Shown one piece after another: positions 38,878 to 48,395 of a stretch of 64,000 bases of DNA; within the stretch, counting starts at the first letter, position 1, and each line of letters begins with the position of its first letter. Position numbers and translations under genes: made by a program. The stretch is from NCBI GenBank assembly GCA_023128895.1, contig JAGMDC010000003.1, positions 70,514 to 134,513 on the forward strand, written 5' to 3'. Below the pieces are notes generated by a model. It was not told the origin of the DNA and did not search any database. It worked only from the letters and a program-made list of their open reading frames with translations. Origin of the DNA: Candidatus Parcubacteria bacterium (GTDB taxonomy: Bacteria > Patescibacteriota > Minisyncoccia > Minisyncoccales > JAGMDC01).

Positions 38878-39311
38878 TTTAATTCTTTGATTTTTCCGCC
38901 AATTTTTTCTATCTTTTCTTTCGCTGTTTTAGATATTTTGCAATCTTCAATAATCAATGCTTTGGTTATCTGCCCCTTTCCTAAAATTTTAACTCGCGGA
39001 ATTCTTTTTTCTATTTTACGAATTATTCCTTTTTTAAGCAAGGCTGCTGGATTTACTTTTTCTTTATCCTGGAAATATTTTTCAAAAAAAGCAAAATTTA
39101 TTTCCAAAAAATTCTTTGGTTTGGGATTAAATTTATAACCCCTTAATTTTGGGTATCTCTTAAGCAACCCGCGGACCATTGGTTCTTTATTGCTGCCAGA
39201 TCTTGATTTCTGTCCTTTTAATCCGCGTCCAGCATAAGTGCCGCGCTTCCCTCCGCGGGCAACGCGCTTTCTTGTTTTTGTTTTATGATTTGGTTTAAGT
39301 TCATTCAACAT
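38874..39311 (-). CDS. rplO: 50S ribosomal protein L15
   Basis: GTYAGRGLKGQKSRSG, PKLRG, VKILGKG. Confidence 0.95.
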   Translation of the reverse strand: MLNELKPNHKTKTRKRVARGGKRGTYAGRGLKGQKSRSGSNKEPMVRGLLKRYPKLRGYKFNPKPKNFLEINFAFFEKYFQDKEKVNPAALLKKGIIRKIEKRIPRVKILGKGQITKALIIEDCKISKTAKEKIEKIGGKIKELK

Positions 39312-39317
39312 AAATTA

Positions 39318-39851
39318 TTACTTTTTAGTTTTTTTATCAACATCGCTACGCTCGCCTGCATCGCTATGCGAAGCATTGCGGGCAGGTGTGTTTCCTAACA
39401 TCTCTAACGCTGCAATAGTTGCTTTTGCGTTGTTTAATTTATTTCTGGTCTTCCCGAGTACCTTTGAAGATATATTTTTAATTCCAGCCAAAGAACAAAT
39501 TACCCTGACTGTGCCGCCTGCGACTAATCCTCTGCCTTCTTTTTGCGGCTTAAGCAGGACTTTTGCGGCTCCAAATTTGGAAATCACTTCATAAGGAATA
39601 GTGCCTTGTGAAATAGGAACTTTGATTAAATTCTTTTTTGCCAACCTGGTTGCTTTTTCTATGCCCTGCGCTACATCAGAACCCTTGGCCACTCCAACTC
39701 CAACTCTCCCTTTTTTATCGCCAACAACCATTACAGCGCGAAACCGAAGACGGCGGCCGCCAGCAGTCACCCGTGTTACTCTTGCCAAATCCAAAAGTTT
39801 AGAATCGAACTCGTCTTTTGGCTTATTTTTACGAAATCTTTGATTAAACAT
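39318..39851 (-). CDS. rpsE: 30S ribosomal protein S5
   Basis: RVTRVTAGGRRLRF, VGDKKGRVGVG, GLVAGG. Confidence 0.97.
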   Translation of the reverse strand: MFNQRFRKNKPKDEFDSKLLDLARVTRVTAGGRRLRFRAVMVVGDKKGRVGVGVAKGSDVAQGIEKATRLAKKNLIKVPISQGTIPYEVISKFGAAKVLLKPQKEGRGLVAGGTVRVICSLAGIKNISSKVLGKTRNKLNNAKATIAALEMLGNTPARNASHSDAGERSDVDKKTKK

Positions 39852-39924
39852 AATAAAATAATAAATGATTTTTACTCTTGACAAAACCAATCAATGTGCT
39901 ATAACCTTATCAAGGAGGTTAAAA

Positions 39925-40164
39925 ATGGAAATAGGAACTACTTTTATTTTTGTGATAGCGCTATGTATAATAAGTTTGTGCCATTTGATTTTTTCTTTCG
40001 GCATAAATTTTACCATGGGAAATATGGTTAAAATCGCTGAATCTAATGGTACCAAACTTGAATCTGCTATCAAAAAAATAAAATATGTTAACAGATTAAG
40101 CAATACGATAGCACTCTGTGTCGCCATGTTAGCGCTGGGGATACTAATAGCACAATCCATTTAA
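39925..40164 (+). CDS. small 2-TM hypothetical protein, antisense within the spc operon
   Basis: TTGACA(39878) promoter, SD AAGGAGGT, ATG 39925, hairpin plus T-run at 40169-40202. Confidence 0.75.
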   Translation: MEIGTTFIFVIALCIISLCHLIFSFGINFTMGNMVKIAESNGTKLESAIKKIKYVNRLSNTIALCVAMLALGILIAQSI

Positions 40165-40211
40165 ATGTTTGCAGGCGGACAAATTCACCTGTATTTTTTT
40201 TATTCAATTTT

Positions 40212-40613
40212 TTAAAATTTCAATCCTGCTTCGCGGGCTCCCTCTGCCAGGGCTTTCACTCTTCCGTGATATTTATATCCGCCTCTGTCAAAAACAATTT
40301 TTTTAATTTTCTTTTCCAGCGCTCTCTCGGCAACCAACTTCCCTACTGCGTATGCCAGCGCTGTTTTGCCTGCCTGCTCGGTAGGCAGGCCTGCCTGCTC
40401 GGTAGGCAGGGCCTTGCGGTCTCCAGCGTCTGGTTTTTTAATTTCTTTTTCCTGCGCCTCAACAATTGTATTCCCTTTTTCGTCATCAATAAGCTGCGCG
40501 TAAATATGCTGATGCGACCGAAAAACGCAAAGACGCGGAATTTTAATAGTTCCAGACACTTTTGCTCTCACCCGTTTATGCCGCCTAATTTTCTTTTCTT
40601 GTTTCTTTAACAT
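40212..40613 (-). CDS. rplR: 50S ribosomal protein L18
   Basis: [33 protein letters not shown]. Confidence 0.97.
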   Translation of the reverse strand: MLKKQEKKIRRHKRVRAKVSGTIKIPRLCVFRSHQHIYAQLIDDEKGNTIVEAQEKEIKKPDAGDRKALPTEQAGLPTEQAGKTALAYAVGKLVAERALEKKIKKIVFDRGGYKYHGRVKALAEGAREAGLKF

Positions 40614-40634
40614 ATTTTAACTTAAAAATAAATA

Positions 40635-40802
40635 ATGAGCGAGGCAACAAGCCCTCAATGGCAAACATCGGAAGCGCCTGAGCATGGTCTCCGAGCCACG
40701 CCTACTGGCGGGGCGAGGAGTCAGGCACTGAGATATTAGACCCCAAAATTCCGCTGGGAATTTTGAGGGTCGGTGCCTTGAGGGCTTCGTTGCCTTGCGA
40801 AT
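40635..40802. repeat. ~170-bp branched palindromic repeat, copy 3 (rplF-rplR spacer)
   Basis: Same scaffold as copies 1 and 2 with a different distal hairpin. Confidence 0.92.
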
Positions 40803-40821
40803 TGTTATAAACTACAAAACC

Positions 40822-41364
40822 TTACTCTGCTGTCGCGGCTTTTTTGCCCACTTTCTTTCTTACAATTTCTCCTTCATATCTGATTCCTTTGCCTTTATAC
40901 GGCTCTGGAGGCCGAATTTTTCTTATTTTCGCGGCTGTCTGCCCAACTTTTTCCTTATCAATGCCGGAAACAGTGATTATATTTTTCTCTACTGAAAATT
41001 TCACTCCTGGGACAGATGAAAACTCTACTGAATGGCTAAATCCCACCTGTAAAATTAAATCTTCACCTTGCAAATTTGCCTTATATCCCAATCCCTGCAC
41101 CTCTAATTTCTTTTCATAACCATGAACTACTCCTTCCACCATATTAGAAACCAAACTCCTGGTTAATCCCCAAAAAGCATTAGATTTTTTTGTCTCTGCT
41201 TGCAATAAAACAATAATCTCTCCTTGTTTTTGCTCCAACTTAATTTCAGGCCGAATCTCTCGCGAGAGTTCTCCTTTTGGTCCTTTGACCACAATTTTCT
41301 GACCATCAATTTTCACTTCAACGCCTTCTAATATTTTAATTGGTTTTTTACCTATCCTTGACAT
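40822..41364 (-). CDS. rplF: 50S ribosomal protein L6
   Basis: MSRIGKKP, KGPKG, PEPYKGKGIRY. Confidence 0.98.
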   Translation of the reverse strand: MSRIGKKPIKILEGVEVKIDGQKIVVKGPKGELSREIRPEIKLEQKQGEIIVLLQAETKKSNAFWGLTRSLVSNMVEGVVHGYEKKLEVQGLGYKANLQGEDLILQVGFSHSVEFSSVPGVKFSVEKNIITVSGIDKEKVGQTAAKIRKIRPPEPYKGKGIRYEGEIVRKKVGKKAATAE

Positions 41365-41383
41365 AAATAATAATTTTCAATTT

Positions 41384-41770
41384 TTACCATACTTCGCATA
41401 TTATTTCGCCGCCTAAATTCTGCTTGCGCGCGTCTTCGTCTGTCATTAAACCCTTTGAAGTGGAAATAACAGACATACCAAATCCGCCTTTAACTTTTTT
41501 AAGTTTATCTTTAACGCTATAAATTCTCTGGCCTTGTTTGGAAACTCTTTTAAGCCCCTGTATAGCCGGCCGTTTATCCTGATATTTCAACGCAATCTCT
41601 ATTACAGCACGAGTTTTTCTTCCCTTTTTCTCTACCTTGCCTAAAAATCCCTGTTTTTCTAAAATTTTAGCAATCTCATACTTAAAATTAGAAAATGGAA
41701 TATTCACTGATGGATGTTCCACCATTTGCGCGTTCCTTATTCTATTGAGCATATCAACAATTGTATCCAT
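41384..41770 (-). CDS. rpsH: 30S ribosomal protein S8
   Basis: DMLNRIRNA, STSKGLMT, GGEIICEVW. Confidence 0.98.
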   Translation of the reverse strand: MDTIVDMLNRIRNAQMVEHPSVNIPFSNFKYEIAKILEKQGFLGKVEKKGRKTRAVIEIALKYQDKRPAIQGLKRVSKQGQRIYSVKDKLKKVKGGFGMSVISTSKGLMTDEDARKQNLGGEIICEVW

Positions 41771-41824
41771 AATAAATTTAAAACTTAAAATTTGCCTGCC
41801 TGCTCGGTAGGCAGGAAACTTGAT

Positions 41825-42010
41825 TTACCAAGAAGATTTTTTTACTCCGGGAATTTCGCCTTTATTCGCCATTTCCCTAAAACATATACGGCATAAACCA
41901 AACTTTCTCATATATCCCCTATTTCTGCCGCACTTAAAACAACGCAGCACTTTACGAGTGGAAAACTTTGGTTTCTTTTTTGATTTTGCTATTTGTGATT
42001 GTTTAGCCAT
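41825..42010 (-). CDS. rpsN: 30S ribosomal protein S14 (Zn-binding type Z)
   Basis: [24 protein letters not shown]. Confidence 0.97.
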   Translation of the reverse strand: MAKQSQIAKSKKKPKFSTRKVLRCFKCGRNRGYMRKFGLCRICFREMANKGEIPGVKKSSW

Positions 42011-42013
42011 AAA

Positions 42014-42571
42014 TTATTTTTTTATGGGAAATCCTAATAATTTAAATAACTCTAATCCTTGTTCTTTATTTTTAGCTGTGGTCGCAATCACGGTCTCAAA
42101 TCCAAACATAACTTTTGATTTTTCAGGAGATATTTCTGGAAAAGAAATATGTTCTTTCACAGCAATAGTTAAATTACCAGTAGCGTCAACAGATTTTGCG
42201 TCAATTCCTCTAAAATCTCTTGACCGAGGAAGCGCTATATGAATCAACCTGTCTAAAAAATCATACATCTTTTTTCTCCTTAGCGCAACCATTGCGCCGA
42301 TAATCATACCCTCGCGAATTTTGAAACCAGCGATTGATTTTTTTGCCTTGGTCAAAACAGGCGCCTGCCCGCAAATCAAAGACAAATCATGCGCGATTGA
42401 CTCTTGAATTTTCTTTTTCTCGTCAGATGTCTTATCTGAAACCAATCTGCCAAAACCAGTATTAACAACCACTTTATCAATTTTAGGCACTGCCATATCA
42501 TTCTTATAACCGAATTTTTTCTTCATTGCGCCTACAACTTCCTTTTGATATTTTTCTTTTAAATTTATCAT
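42014..42571 (-). CDS. rplE: 50S ribosomal protein L5
   Basis: VPKIDKVVVN, AKKSIAGFKIREG, LPRSRDFRG. Confidence 0.98.
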   Translation of the reverse strand: MINLKEKYQKEVVGAMKKKFGYKNDMAVPKIDKVVVNTGFGRLVSDKTSDEKKKIQESIAHDLSLICGQAPVLTKAKKSIAGFKIREGMIIGAMVALRRKKMYDFLDRLIHIALPRSRDFRGIDAKSVDATGNLTIAVKEHISFPEISPEKSKVMFGFETVIATTAKNKEQGLELFKLLGFPIKK

Positions 42572-42879
42572 ATTTCTTCACCGCACTTTTTACAAATTCT
42601 ATTTTTTATTTTCTTTTCTTTGTCAACTTTATATCCTATTCTCACTGCTTTACCGCATTTAGGACATATTATTTTTACATTGGAAATACTCAAAGGCCCG
42701 GGCATTTCAACAATCTGCCCTTTTTCTCCGCTTTTTTTCGGCCTCACGCTCTTTTTTCTAATATTGATTCCTTCCACCAAAACTTTCCCTTTTTTTGGAA
42801 GCGCTTGCAAGACCTTGCCTTTCCTGCCGCGGTCTTTGCCGGAAATTATTAAAACTGTGTCATTTTTGCGTATTTTCAT
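42568..42879 (-). CDS. rplX: 50S ribosomal protein L24
   Basis: ISGKDRGRKGKV, VEGIN, ISNV. Confidence 0.97.
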   Translation of the reverse strand: MKIRKNDTVLIISGKDRGRKGKVLQALPKKGKVLVEGINIRKKSVRPKKSGEKGQIVEMPGPLSISNVKIICPKCGKAVRIGYKVDKEKKIKNRICKKCGEEI

Positions 42880-43247
42880 ACTATATCTTTTGCCATTCCC
42901 GCAATTTTTTCATAACCCATTTCTTTTATTTCGCGGGCTATGGGACCTAAAATTCTCCCGCCTTTGGGATTTTTAGTAGTGCCCTCTAAAATTACAGCGG
43001 CATTATCGTCAAATCTAATATAAGAGCCGTCTTTTCTCCTAAATTCTTTTTTTTGCCTTACAATCACCGCCCTCACTTTATCATGCTTTTTCACAATTTT
43101 TCTTGGTTCCGCTTTTTTCACAGCAGCAACAATAACATCTCCTATTCGCGCGTATCTCCTGCGGCTCCCGCCCAATACCTTAAAACACTGAACTATTTTT
43201 GCTCCAGTATTATCTGCTATTTTTAACATTGTTTGCGGCTGAATCAT
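42876..43247 (-). CDS. rplN: 50S ribosomal protein L14
   Basis: MIQPQT..ADNTGA, DGSYIRFDDNAAV. Confidence 0.98.
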   Translation of the reverse strand: MIQPQTMLKIADNTGAKIVQCFKVLGGSRRRYARIGDVIVAAVKKAEPRKIVKKHDKVRAVIVRQKKEFRRKDGSYIRFDDNAAVILEGTTKNPKGGRILGPIAREIKEMGYEKIAGMAKDIV

Positions 43248-43474
43248 AATTTTTTAATTACTCGCCAACATTTATCTTTTGATATTGGTCTGGTTTCCTC
43301 AATTACTACTTTATCTCCAACTTTATATTCTCCCTCTTCATAATGCGCTTTATATTTTTTGTGAAGCTTAAAACGCCTCTTATATTTAGGGTCTTTTTTA
43401 ATTCTTTCAACCTTAACAACCAATGTGTTCTTCATTTTGTCTGAAACAATTATTCCTGTTAATTGATGTTTCAT
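43244..43474 (-). CDS. rpsQ: 30S ribosomal protein S17
   Basis: VSDKMKNT, KKYKAH, ETRPISKDK. Confidence 0.97.
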   Translation of the reverse strand: MKHQLTGIIVSDKMKNTLVVKVERIKKDPKYKRRFKLHKKYKAHYEEGEYKVGDKVVIEETRPISKDKCWRVIKKL

Positions 43475-43653
43475 AATTTAGTTAGTATAGTTAGTATTCG
43501 CGCGATGTCTCTTCTTTTTGAACGAATTTCCCGCACATTTTTCACCTTACCAGAAGCCAAATCAAAACGCAACTGGCGAAGTTTTTCTCTATCCTGTTCT
43601 AAAAGTCCTTTTAATTCTTTTTCTGATTTTTGTCTTAATTCGTTTGGTTTCAT
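43471..43653 (-). CDS. rpmC: 50S ribosomal protein L29
   Basis: ELRQKS, LRF, RRDIARILT. Confidence 0.95.
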   Translation of the reverse strand: MKPNELRQKSEKELKGLLEQDREKLRQLRFDLASGKVKNVREIRSKRRDIARILTILTKL

Positions 43654-43664
43654 CGTTATATAAA

Positions 43665-44069
43665 TTATCGCATTATGAACTTAGTTCTTATAGGCATTTT
43701 CTCTCCAGCGCGCTTTAACGACTCTTTTGCCGCCTCCTCTTCTATGCCGTCAATCTCAAACATAATTCTACCCGGCTTTATTGGAAAACAATAATATTCC
43801 ACTCCGCCCTTTCCTCCTCCCATAGGCGTTTCATTTCCTTTTTGCGTCACTGGCTTGTATGGAAAAATTCTTATCCAAAGCTTTCCTCTTTTTTTCAAAT
43901 ATCTAATAATCGCCCTGCGCGCGGCTTCAATCTGTCTAGAATTTATCCATTTTGCTTCCAGTGCTTTTAATCCAAAACTGCCAAAAGCCAATTCTGTTCC
44001 TCTTGTCTCTATCCCTTTTGAACTGCCCTTATGCCATTTGCGATGTTTAACTTTTTTAGGAATTAACAT
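43665..44069 (-). CDS. rplP: 50S ribosomal protein L16
   Basis: MLIPKKVKHRK, RQIEAAR, WIRIFP, MGGGKG. Confidence 0.98.
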   Translation of the reverse strand: MLIPKKVKHRKWHKGSSKGIETRGTELAFGSFGLKALEAKWINSRQIEAARRAIIRYLKKRGKLWIRIFPYKPVTQKGNETPMGGGKGGVEYYCFPIKPGRIMFEIDGIEEEAAKESLKRAGEKMPIRTKFIMR

Positions 44070-44085
44070 ATACTGTGATTGCTAA

Positions 44086-44811
44086 TTAATCAAATTTTTC
44101 ACCTTTATATATCCATACTTTTATTCCAACAACCCCATAATTGCAATGAGCACTGGCTGTGCCATAATCAATTTCCGCTCTTAGTGTTTGCCTTGGTAAA
44201 GACCCGATTTTCAGCCATTCCTTGCGCGCAATTTCTTTCCCGTCCAACCTGCCGGCGACCTGAATCCGCGCGCCTTTTATTCCCTTTGAATTCATTATTT
44301 TGTCCAATCCCTGTTTAAGCGCCCTTCTGTATGGAAAACGTTTTTCCAATTGAGATGCCACCAATTGAGCCACCAAACTTGATTTTGTCCACGGCTCTCT
44401 AATTTCCTTAATGTCAATTTTTACTTTCTTGGTTTGTTTGGTGTCGCTTACGCTGATTTCTTTTTTTGCTTTTTCCTTGTTTTTTATTTTCTTGAGAGAA
44501 AGTGTCTCTTTCCTCCTGGAAATTTTAGAAATTTTTTGTTCTATTTTTTCTCTTAATTCTTCCACGCCCTTGCCGCCTCTCCCAATAATCAAACCAGGCC
44601 TTGAAGTATTTATAATAATATTTATTTTGTCAGGGGACTTTTCTATCTCAACGCTTTGCAGACCGCAGTCCTTTAACTGTTTTTCCAGAAAACTCCGTAT
44701 CACAAAATCCTCCTCTAAAAATTCTGCGAGATTTTTCTTTGTCTGCCACCTTGAATCCCAATCATTGGCATCTCTTAAACGATATGCTTTTGGGTGAACT
44801 CTATGAGACAT
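44086..44811 (-). CDS. rpsC: 30S ribosomal protein S3
   Basis: VHPKAYRL, RPGLIIGRGG, GRLDGKEIAR, GIKVWIYKG. Confidence 0.97.
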   Translation of the reverse strand: MSHRVHPKAYRLRDANDWDSRWQTKKNLAEFLEEDFVIRSFLEKQLKDCGLQSVEIEKSPDKINIIINTSRPGLIIGRGGKGVEELREKIEQKISKISRRKETLSLKKIKNKEKAKKEISVSDTKQTKKVKIDIKEIREPWTKSSLVAQLVASQLEKRFPYRRALKQGLDKIMNSKGIKGARIQVAGRLDGKEIARKEWLKIGSLPRQTLRAEIDYGTASAHCNYGVVGIKVWIYKGEKFD

Positions 44812-44813
44812 AA

Positions 44814-45356
44814 TTAAAATGCTTTTCGCCTAAACACTCTTTTTAATCCTGTTGCGCGCTCCGGCCTTTGTTTTTCAAATTCCGGCTTTATTTTTCGCTT
44901 CTTCACCTTAACAGGTATTTTTCTCTCTCTTTCTGCTTCTATCTTTTCTTTTGTCGGCTCCTCAACACCTTTTTTGGGCAAAATTTTCTTTTTCTTTTTT
45001 ATTTCTTTTTTCTCAATTTCATCCAATACCAAGGTAATATGCGAAGTCCTTTTCCGAATCTCATTAGCCCTGCCCCGTGATACTGGACGCCATCGTTTAG
45101 GTTTGGGGCCCTCGTCAACTAACAATTTAGAGATATAAAGCTCGGCAATATTTTCTATTTGAAAATTATTTTTTGCGTTGGCAATTGCGGAGTTTAATAA
45201 TTTCAACATAGGAATACTCGCTTTTTTATCCGCAAAATTCAAAATCTTTTGAGCTTTCTCAACTGATTTTCCTTTTATCAAATCAGCAATTAATCTTACT
45301 TTCCTTGGTGTAATATGTAAATAACTTAATTTCGCTTTTATAATCATAATTCTCAT
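44814..45356 (-). CDS. rplV: 50S ribosomal protein L22 with charged C-terminal extension
   Basis: [30 protein letters not shown]. Confidence 0.97.
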   Translation of the reverse strand: MRIMIIKAKLSYLHITPRKVRLIADLIKGKSVEKAQKILNFADKKASIPMLKLLNSAIANAKNNFQIENIAELYISKLLVDEGPKPKRWRPVSRGRANEIRKRTSHITLVLDEIEKKEIKKKKKILPKKGVEEPTKEKIEAERERKIPVKVKKRKIKPEFEKQRPERATGLKRVFRRKAF

Positions 45357-45649
45357 TTCTCTTGTTTCACTTTTGCTTCCTGCTCTCTCTGCATTTTGCC
45401 TCCATGCCTTACAAATTTTGTGGTAAAAGAGAACTCTCCCAACTTATGCCCCACCATATCTTCAGTGATATACACAGGAGCAAATTCTTTTCCATTATGG
45501 ACCCCAAAAGTAAAACCCACCATTTCAGGCGTGATAATACAAAAACGCGCCCATGTTTTAATAATGGTTTTATCTTCTTTTCTCAAATTGCTGATTTTCT
45601 TCATCAACTTCTCGTCTATATATGGTCCTTTCTTTAAACTTCTAGACAT
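45353..45649 (-). CDS. rpsS: 30S ribosomal protein S19
   Basis: [23 protein letters not shown]. Confidence 0.98.
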   Translation of the reverse strand: MSRSLKKGPYIDEKLMKKISNLRKEDKTIIKTWARFCIITPEMVGFTFGVHNGKEFAPVYITEDMVGHKLGEFSFTTKFVRHGGKMQREQEAKVKQEK

Positions 45650-45665
45650 ATTCTATTTTTAAGTG

Positions 45666-45713
45666 AAGCGAGGGAAGTCCAAGTGAGCTTGCTCGCTTGG
45701 ACTTCAGAGCGAA
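45666..45713. repeat. short palindromic element with GCGAGG...GAGCGA ends
   Basis: GAAGTCCAAG/CTTGGACTTC stem flanked by motifs matching the ends of the 170-bp repeat. Confidence 0.65.
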
Positions 45714-45737
45714 CGCAGAAAATTTATCCCGCAGGGT

Positions 45738-46574
45738 TCATTTTCTTTTCTTTATTTTCCTTCTTCTAATAATAAACTTGTTTGTTTGTTTGTTCTTTTT
45801 TCTAGTTCTTGCGCCTAAAGCCGGCTTTCCCCACGGTGTCTTTGGATGCGGCATTCCAGCCCCTGATCTTCCTTCTCCGCCGCCCATTGGATGGTCGCAA
45901 GGATTCATAGCGCTTCCTCTCACTGTAGGCCTTTTTCCCATATGCCTTTTTCTGCCTGCTTTGCCTAATTTAATAAACCGATGTTCTGGATTGGAAACTA
46001 TTCCTATCGAAGCAAATCCTTGCATAGGAACTTTCCTAATCTCAGAAGACGGCATTTCCAAATGAATATATTTTCCCTCTTGGCCTAAAACTTTGGCTGA
46101 AGTTCCCGCGCCTCTCACTATCTGTCCTCCCTGCCCGGGACTAAGTTCAATATTGTGAACCATTGTCCCTGCTGGAATATTTCTCAATTCCATTCTATTG
46201 CCTGGTTTTAATTCCGTTTTTTTCGAAAAAATAATCTCATCCCCGACTTTCATATTCTGCGCGGCTAAAATATATTTTCTCTCTTTGTCTTTATACTCCA
46301 AAAGCGCAATAAAGGCAAATCGATTAGGGTCGTATTCTACGGCAATCACTTTCGCAGGCACATCTATTTTACTCTGCCCAAATTCAATAATTCTGTAAAT
46401 ATGTTTAGCGCCCCCTCCTCTGTGCCTCACTGTAATTCTGCCTGATAAATTTCTTCCTGATTTTTTCTTCAATGATTTAATCAGCGCCCTTTCAGGCTTT
46501 TTTTTAGTCAATCCAGAAAAATCCGCGCCTCTCGTCCCTCTTGTCCCTGAAGTTGTTGGTTTATATATTTTCAT
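45738..46574 (-). CDS. rplB: 50S ribosomal protein L2
   Basis: GRITVRHRGGG, EYDPNR, RPTVRGSAMNPCDHPMGGGEG. Confidence 0.98.
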   Translation of the reverse strand: MKIYKPTTSGTRGTRGADFSGLTKKKPERALIKSLKKKSGRNLSGRITVRHRGGGAKHIYRIIEFGQSKIDVPAKVIAVEYDPNRFAFIALLEYKDKERKYILAAQNMKVGDEIIFSKKTELKPGNRMELRNIPAGTMVHNIELSPGQGGQIVRGAGTSAKVLGQEGKYIHLEMPSSEIRKVPMQGFASIGIVSNPEHRFIKLGKAGRKRHMGKRPTVRGSAMNPCDHPMGGGEGRSGAGMPHPKTPWGKPALGARTRKKNKQTNKFIIRRRKIKKRK

Positions 46575-46578
46575 AATT

Positions 46579-46630
46579 ATGAGTGAGGGAGGAATACAAA
46601 AACTTGTTTTTGTATTCCAACCGAGCGAGT
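46579..46630. repeat. short palindromic element with GAGTGAGG...CCGAGCGA ends
   Basis: GGAATACAAAAA/TTTTTGTATTCC stem with the same terminal motifs as repeat copy 1. Confidence 0.65.
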
Positions 46631-46657
46631 AATTATGCGGCTTTGCCGCAATAAAAT

Positions 46658-47119
46658 TTATCGTGGAAGTAACTCTATCTTCTGTCCTTCCTTAACTTTT
46701 ACAATGGCTTTTCTATACCCCTGTTTCCAACCCATAGTTTTTCCAACCCGTCTTTTCCTTCTGGGAATATTAATCACATTAACCCTTACAACATCTACGC
46801 CGTAAACATCTTCCACTGCTTGTCTAATTTCCTGTTTGTTCGCTTTTTGCGCAACATTAAAAATATACTGATTTTTTTCAACCAAATCAGTTGCTTTTTC
46901 TGAAATATGAGGGATTTTCAATATTTTATAACTTATTCCTGTTTTTATTACTGATTTTCTTTTTTTAGCAACTATTTTCTTCTCTGCTGGCTTCTTTAGT
47001 TTCGCTGGCTTAACACCAACTCTTTCTTCTTTCTTTTCCTTTACTGCCTTTACTTCTTCTTTCTTTTCCTCTTTTATTTCCTCTTTTTTCTTTTTCCTTA
47101 AAAAATTAAATATACTCAT
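46658..47119 (-). CDS. rplW: 50S ribosomal protein L23 with charged N-terminal extension
   Basis: PHISEKA, ANKQEIRQAVE, YRKAIV. Confidence 0.95.
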   Translation of the reverse strand: MSIFNFLRKKKKEEIKEEKKEEVKAVKEKKEERVGVKPAKLKKPAEKKIVAKKRKSVIKTGISYKILKIPHISEKATDLVEKNQYIFNVAQKANKQEIRQAVEDVYGVDVVRVNVINIPRRKRRVGKTMGWKQGYRKAIVKVKEGQKIELLPR

Positions 47120-47125
47120 AAAATT

Positions 47126-47782
47126 TCATTTAACAAATGTTTTTTCTATTACTTTTATTGATGGCCTTGCCATCATAATATATTTATATTTTAAAATATC
47201 CAAACAATTCAAGTCTTTTGCCTGCATTACCGCTGTATCAGGAATGTTTCTCGCTGCTCTGACTATATTCTCGTCTTTTTCCGGAATAACAATCAAAAAA
47301 CTTGCTTTTTCTTTATTTTGTTTTGCTATTAAATTCGCGATTTCTTTTGTTTTTGGCTTGTCTAGCTTGAACTCGTCTAAAATAATCAACAACCCATTCT
47401 TTGCTTTTTGGCTTAAAGCCATAATCAGGGCTTTCCTTCTCATTTTTAATGGAATAATTTTCTTAAAATTTCGCTTATTTGTAGGCCCAAAAGTTATACC
47501 GCCGCCGCGCCATATAGGAGACCTGTTTGACCCTACTCTTGCCCTGCCTGTCCCTTTCTGGCGCCAGGGCTTTCGTCCGCCGCCTCTCACCTCTCCCTTG
47601 TCTTTTGTATGGGCTGAAACCTGCCTTCTATTCGCCATTTGCGATACAACCACCTGATGCACCAAATCAGAATTAAAATCCTCGCCAAACACCTTGTCCG
47701 GCAAATCCATGTTCTTTGTTTCATCTTTCTCGATTTTCTTGGGTTTATCTTTTTTTTGATTGTCTAATTGTGTTTCTGCCAT
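47126..47782 (-). CDS. rplD: 50S ribosomal protein L4
   Basis: EVRGGGRKPWRQKGTGRARVGS, WRGGG. Confidence 0.98.
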   Translation of the reverse strand: MAETQLDNQKKDKPKKIEKDETKNMDLPDKVFGEDFNSDLVHQVVVSQMANRRQVSAHTKDKGEVRGGGRKPWRQKGTGRARVGSNRSPIWRGGGITFGPTNKRNFKKIIPLKMRRKALIMALSQKAKNGLLIILDEFKLDKPKTKEIANLIAKQNKEKASFLIVIPEKDENIVRAARNIPDTAVMQAKDLNCLDILKYKYIMMARPSIKVIEKTFVK

Positions 47783-47798
47783 TGTTTTTTTTAATTTT

Positions 47799-48395
47799 TC
47801 ATCCTCTGATTTCCAGTAATGTGCCGCGCCTGCCGGGAACCGCGCCTTTTACAGCGATTAAATTATTCTCTTTGTCTATTTTAACTATTTTCAAATTCTT
47901 TACAGTTGTTCTGTCAGCGCCCATTCTGCCAGGCATTTTTCTTCCCTTGATAACTCTTTGCGGCCAAGCACTCCCCACTGACCCTATTGTTCTTTCTTCG
48001 TGTTTAGCTCCATGCGTCGCTTTCCTGCCGTGGAACCCATGCCTTTTTACGCCCCCTTGAAACCCCTTTCCTTTGGAAATTCCTGAAATTTTTACTTTGT
48101 CCATTAGGTCAAAAACTGAAACATCAATTGCATCGCCTTGTTTAATATCTTTAATATCCTGTTCAACAATTCTATATTCTCTAATGTATTTATATTCTTT
48201 GCCTTTTTCTGTTTTCTTTATATTTTTTGTTTTCTTATCAAAACCGATTTGTATTGCTTCGTATTCATCCGTGTCCTTTGTCTTGAGCTGCAATACCTTG
48301 CAGGGACCTGCTTCAATCAAAGTAACTGGAATTACATTCCCTTGTTCGTCAAAGAGCTGGCTCATTTCTAATTTTTTACCTAAAATAAATTTCAT
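47799..48395 (-). CDS. rplC: 50S ribosomal protein L3
   Basis: SKGKGFQGGVKRHGF, KMPGRMG, KGAVPG. Confidence 0.98.
   Translation of the reverse strand: MKFILGKKLEMSQLFDEQGNVIPVTLIEAGPCKVLQLKTKDTDEYEAIQIGFDKKTKNIKKTEKGKEYKYIREYRIVEQDIKDIKQGDAIDVSVFDLMDKVKISGISKGKGFQGGVKRHGFHGRKATHGAKHEERTIGSVGSAWPQRVIKGRKMPGRMGADRTTVKNLKIVKIDKENNLIAVKGAVPGRRGTLLEIRG

Noticed and set aside
39891-40160. Minus-strand 89-aa ORF co-oriented with the spc operon
   Set aside because: It is the shadow of the plus-strand ORF, which has a promoter, SD and terminator; it has a TTG start and no supporting signals
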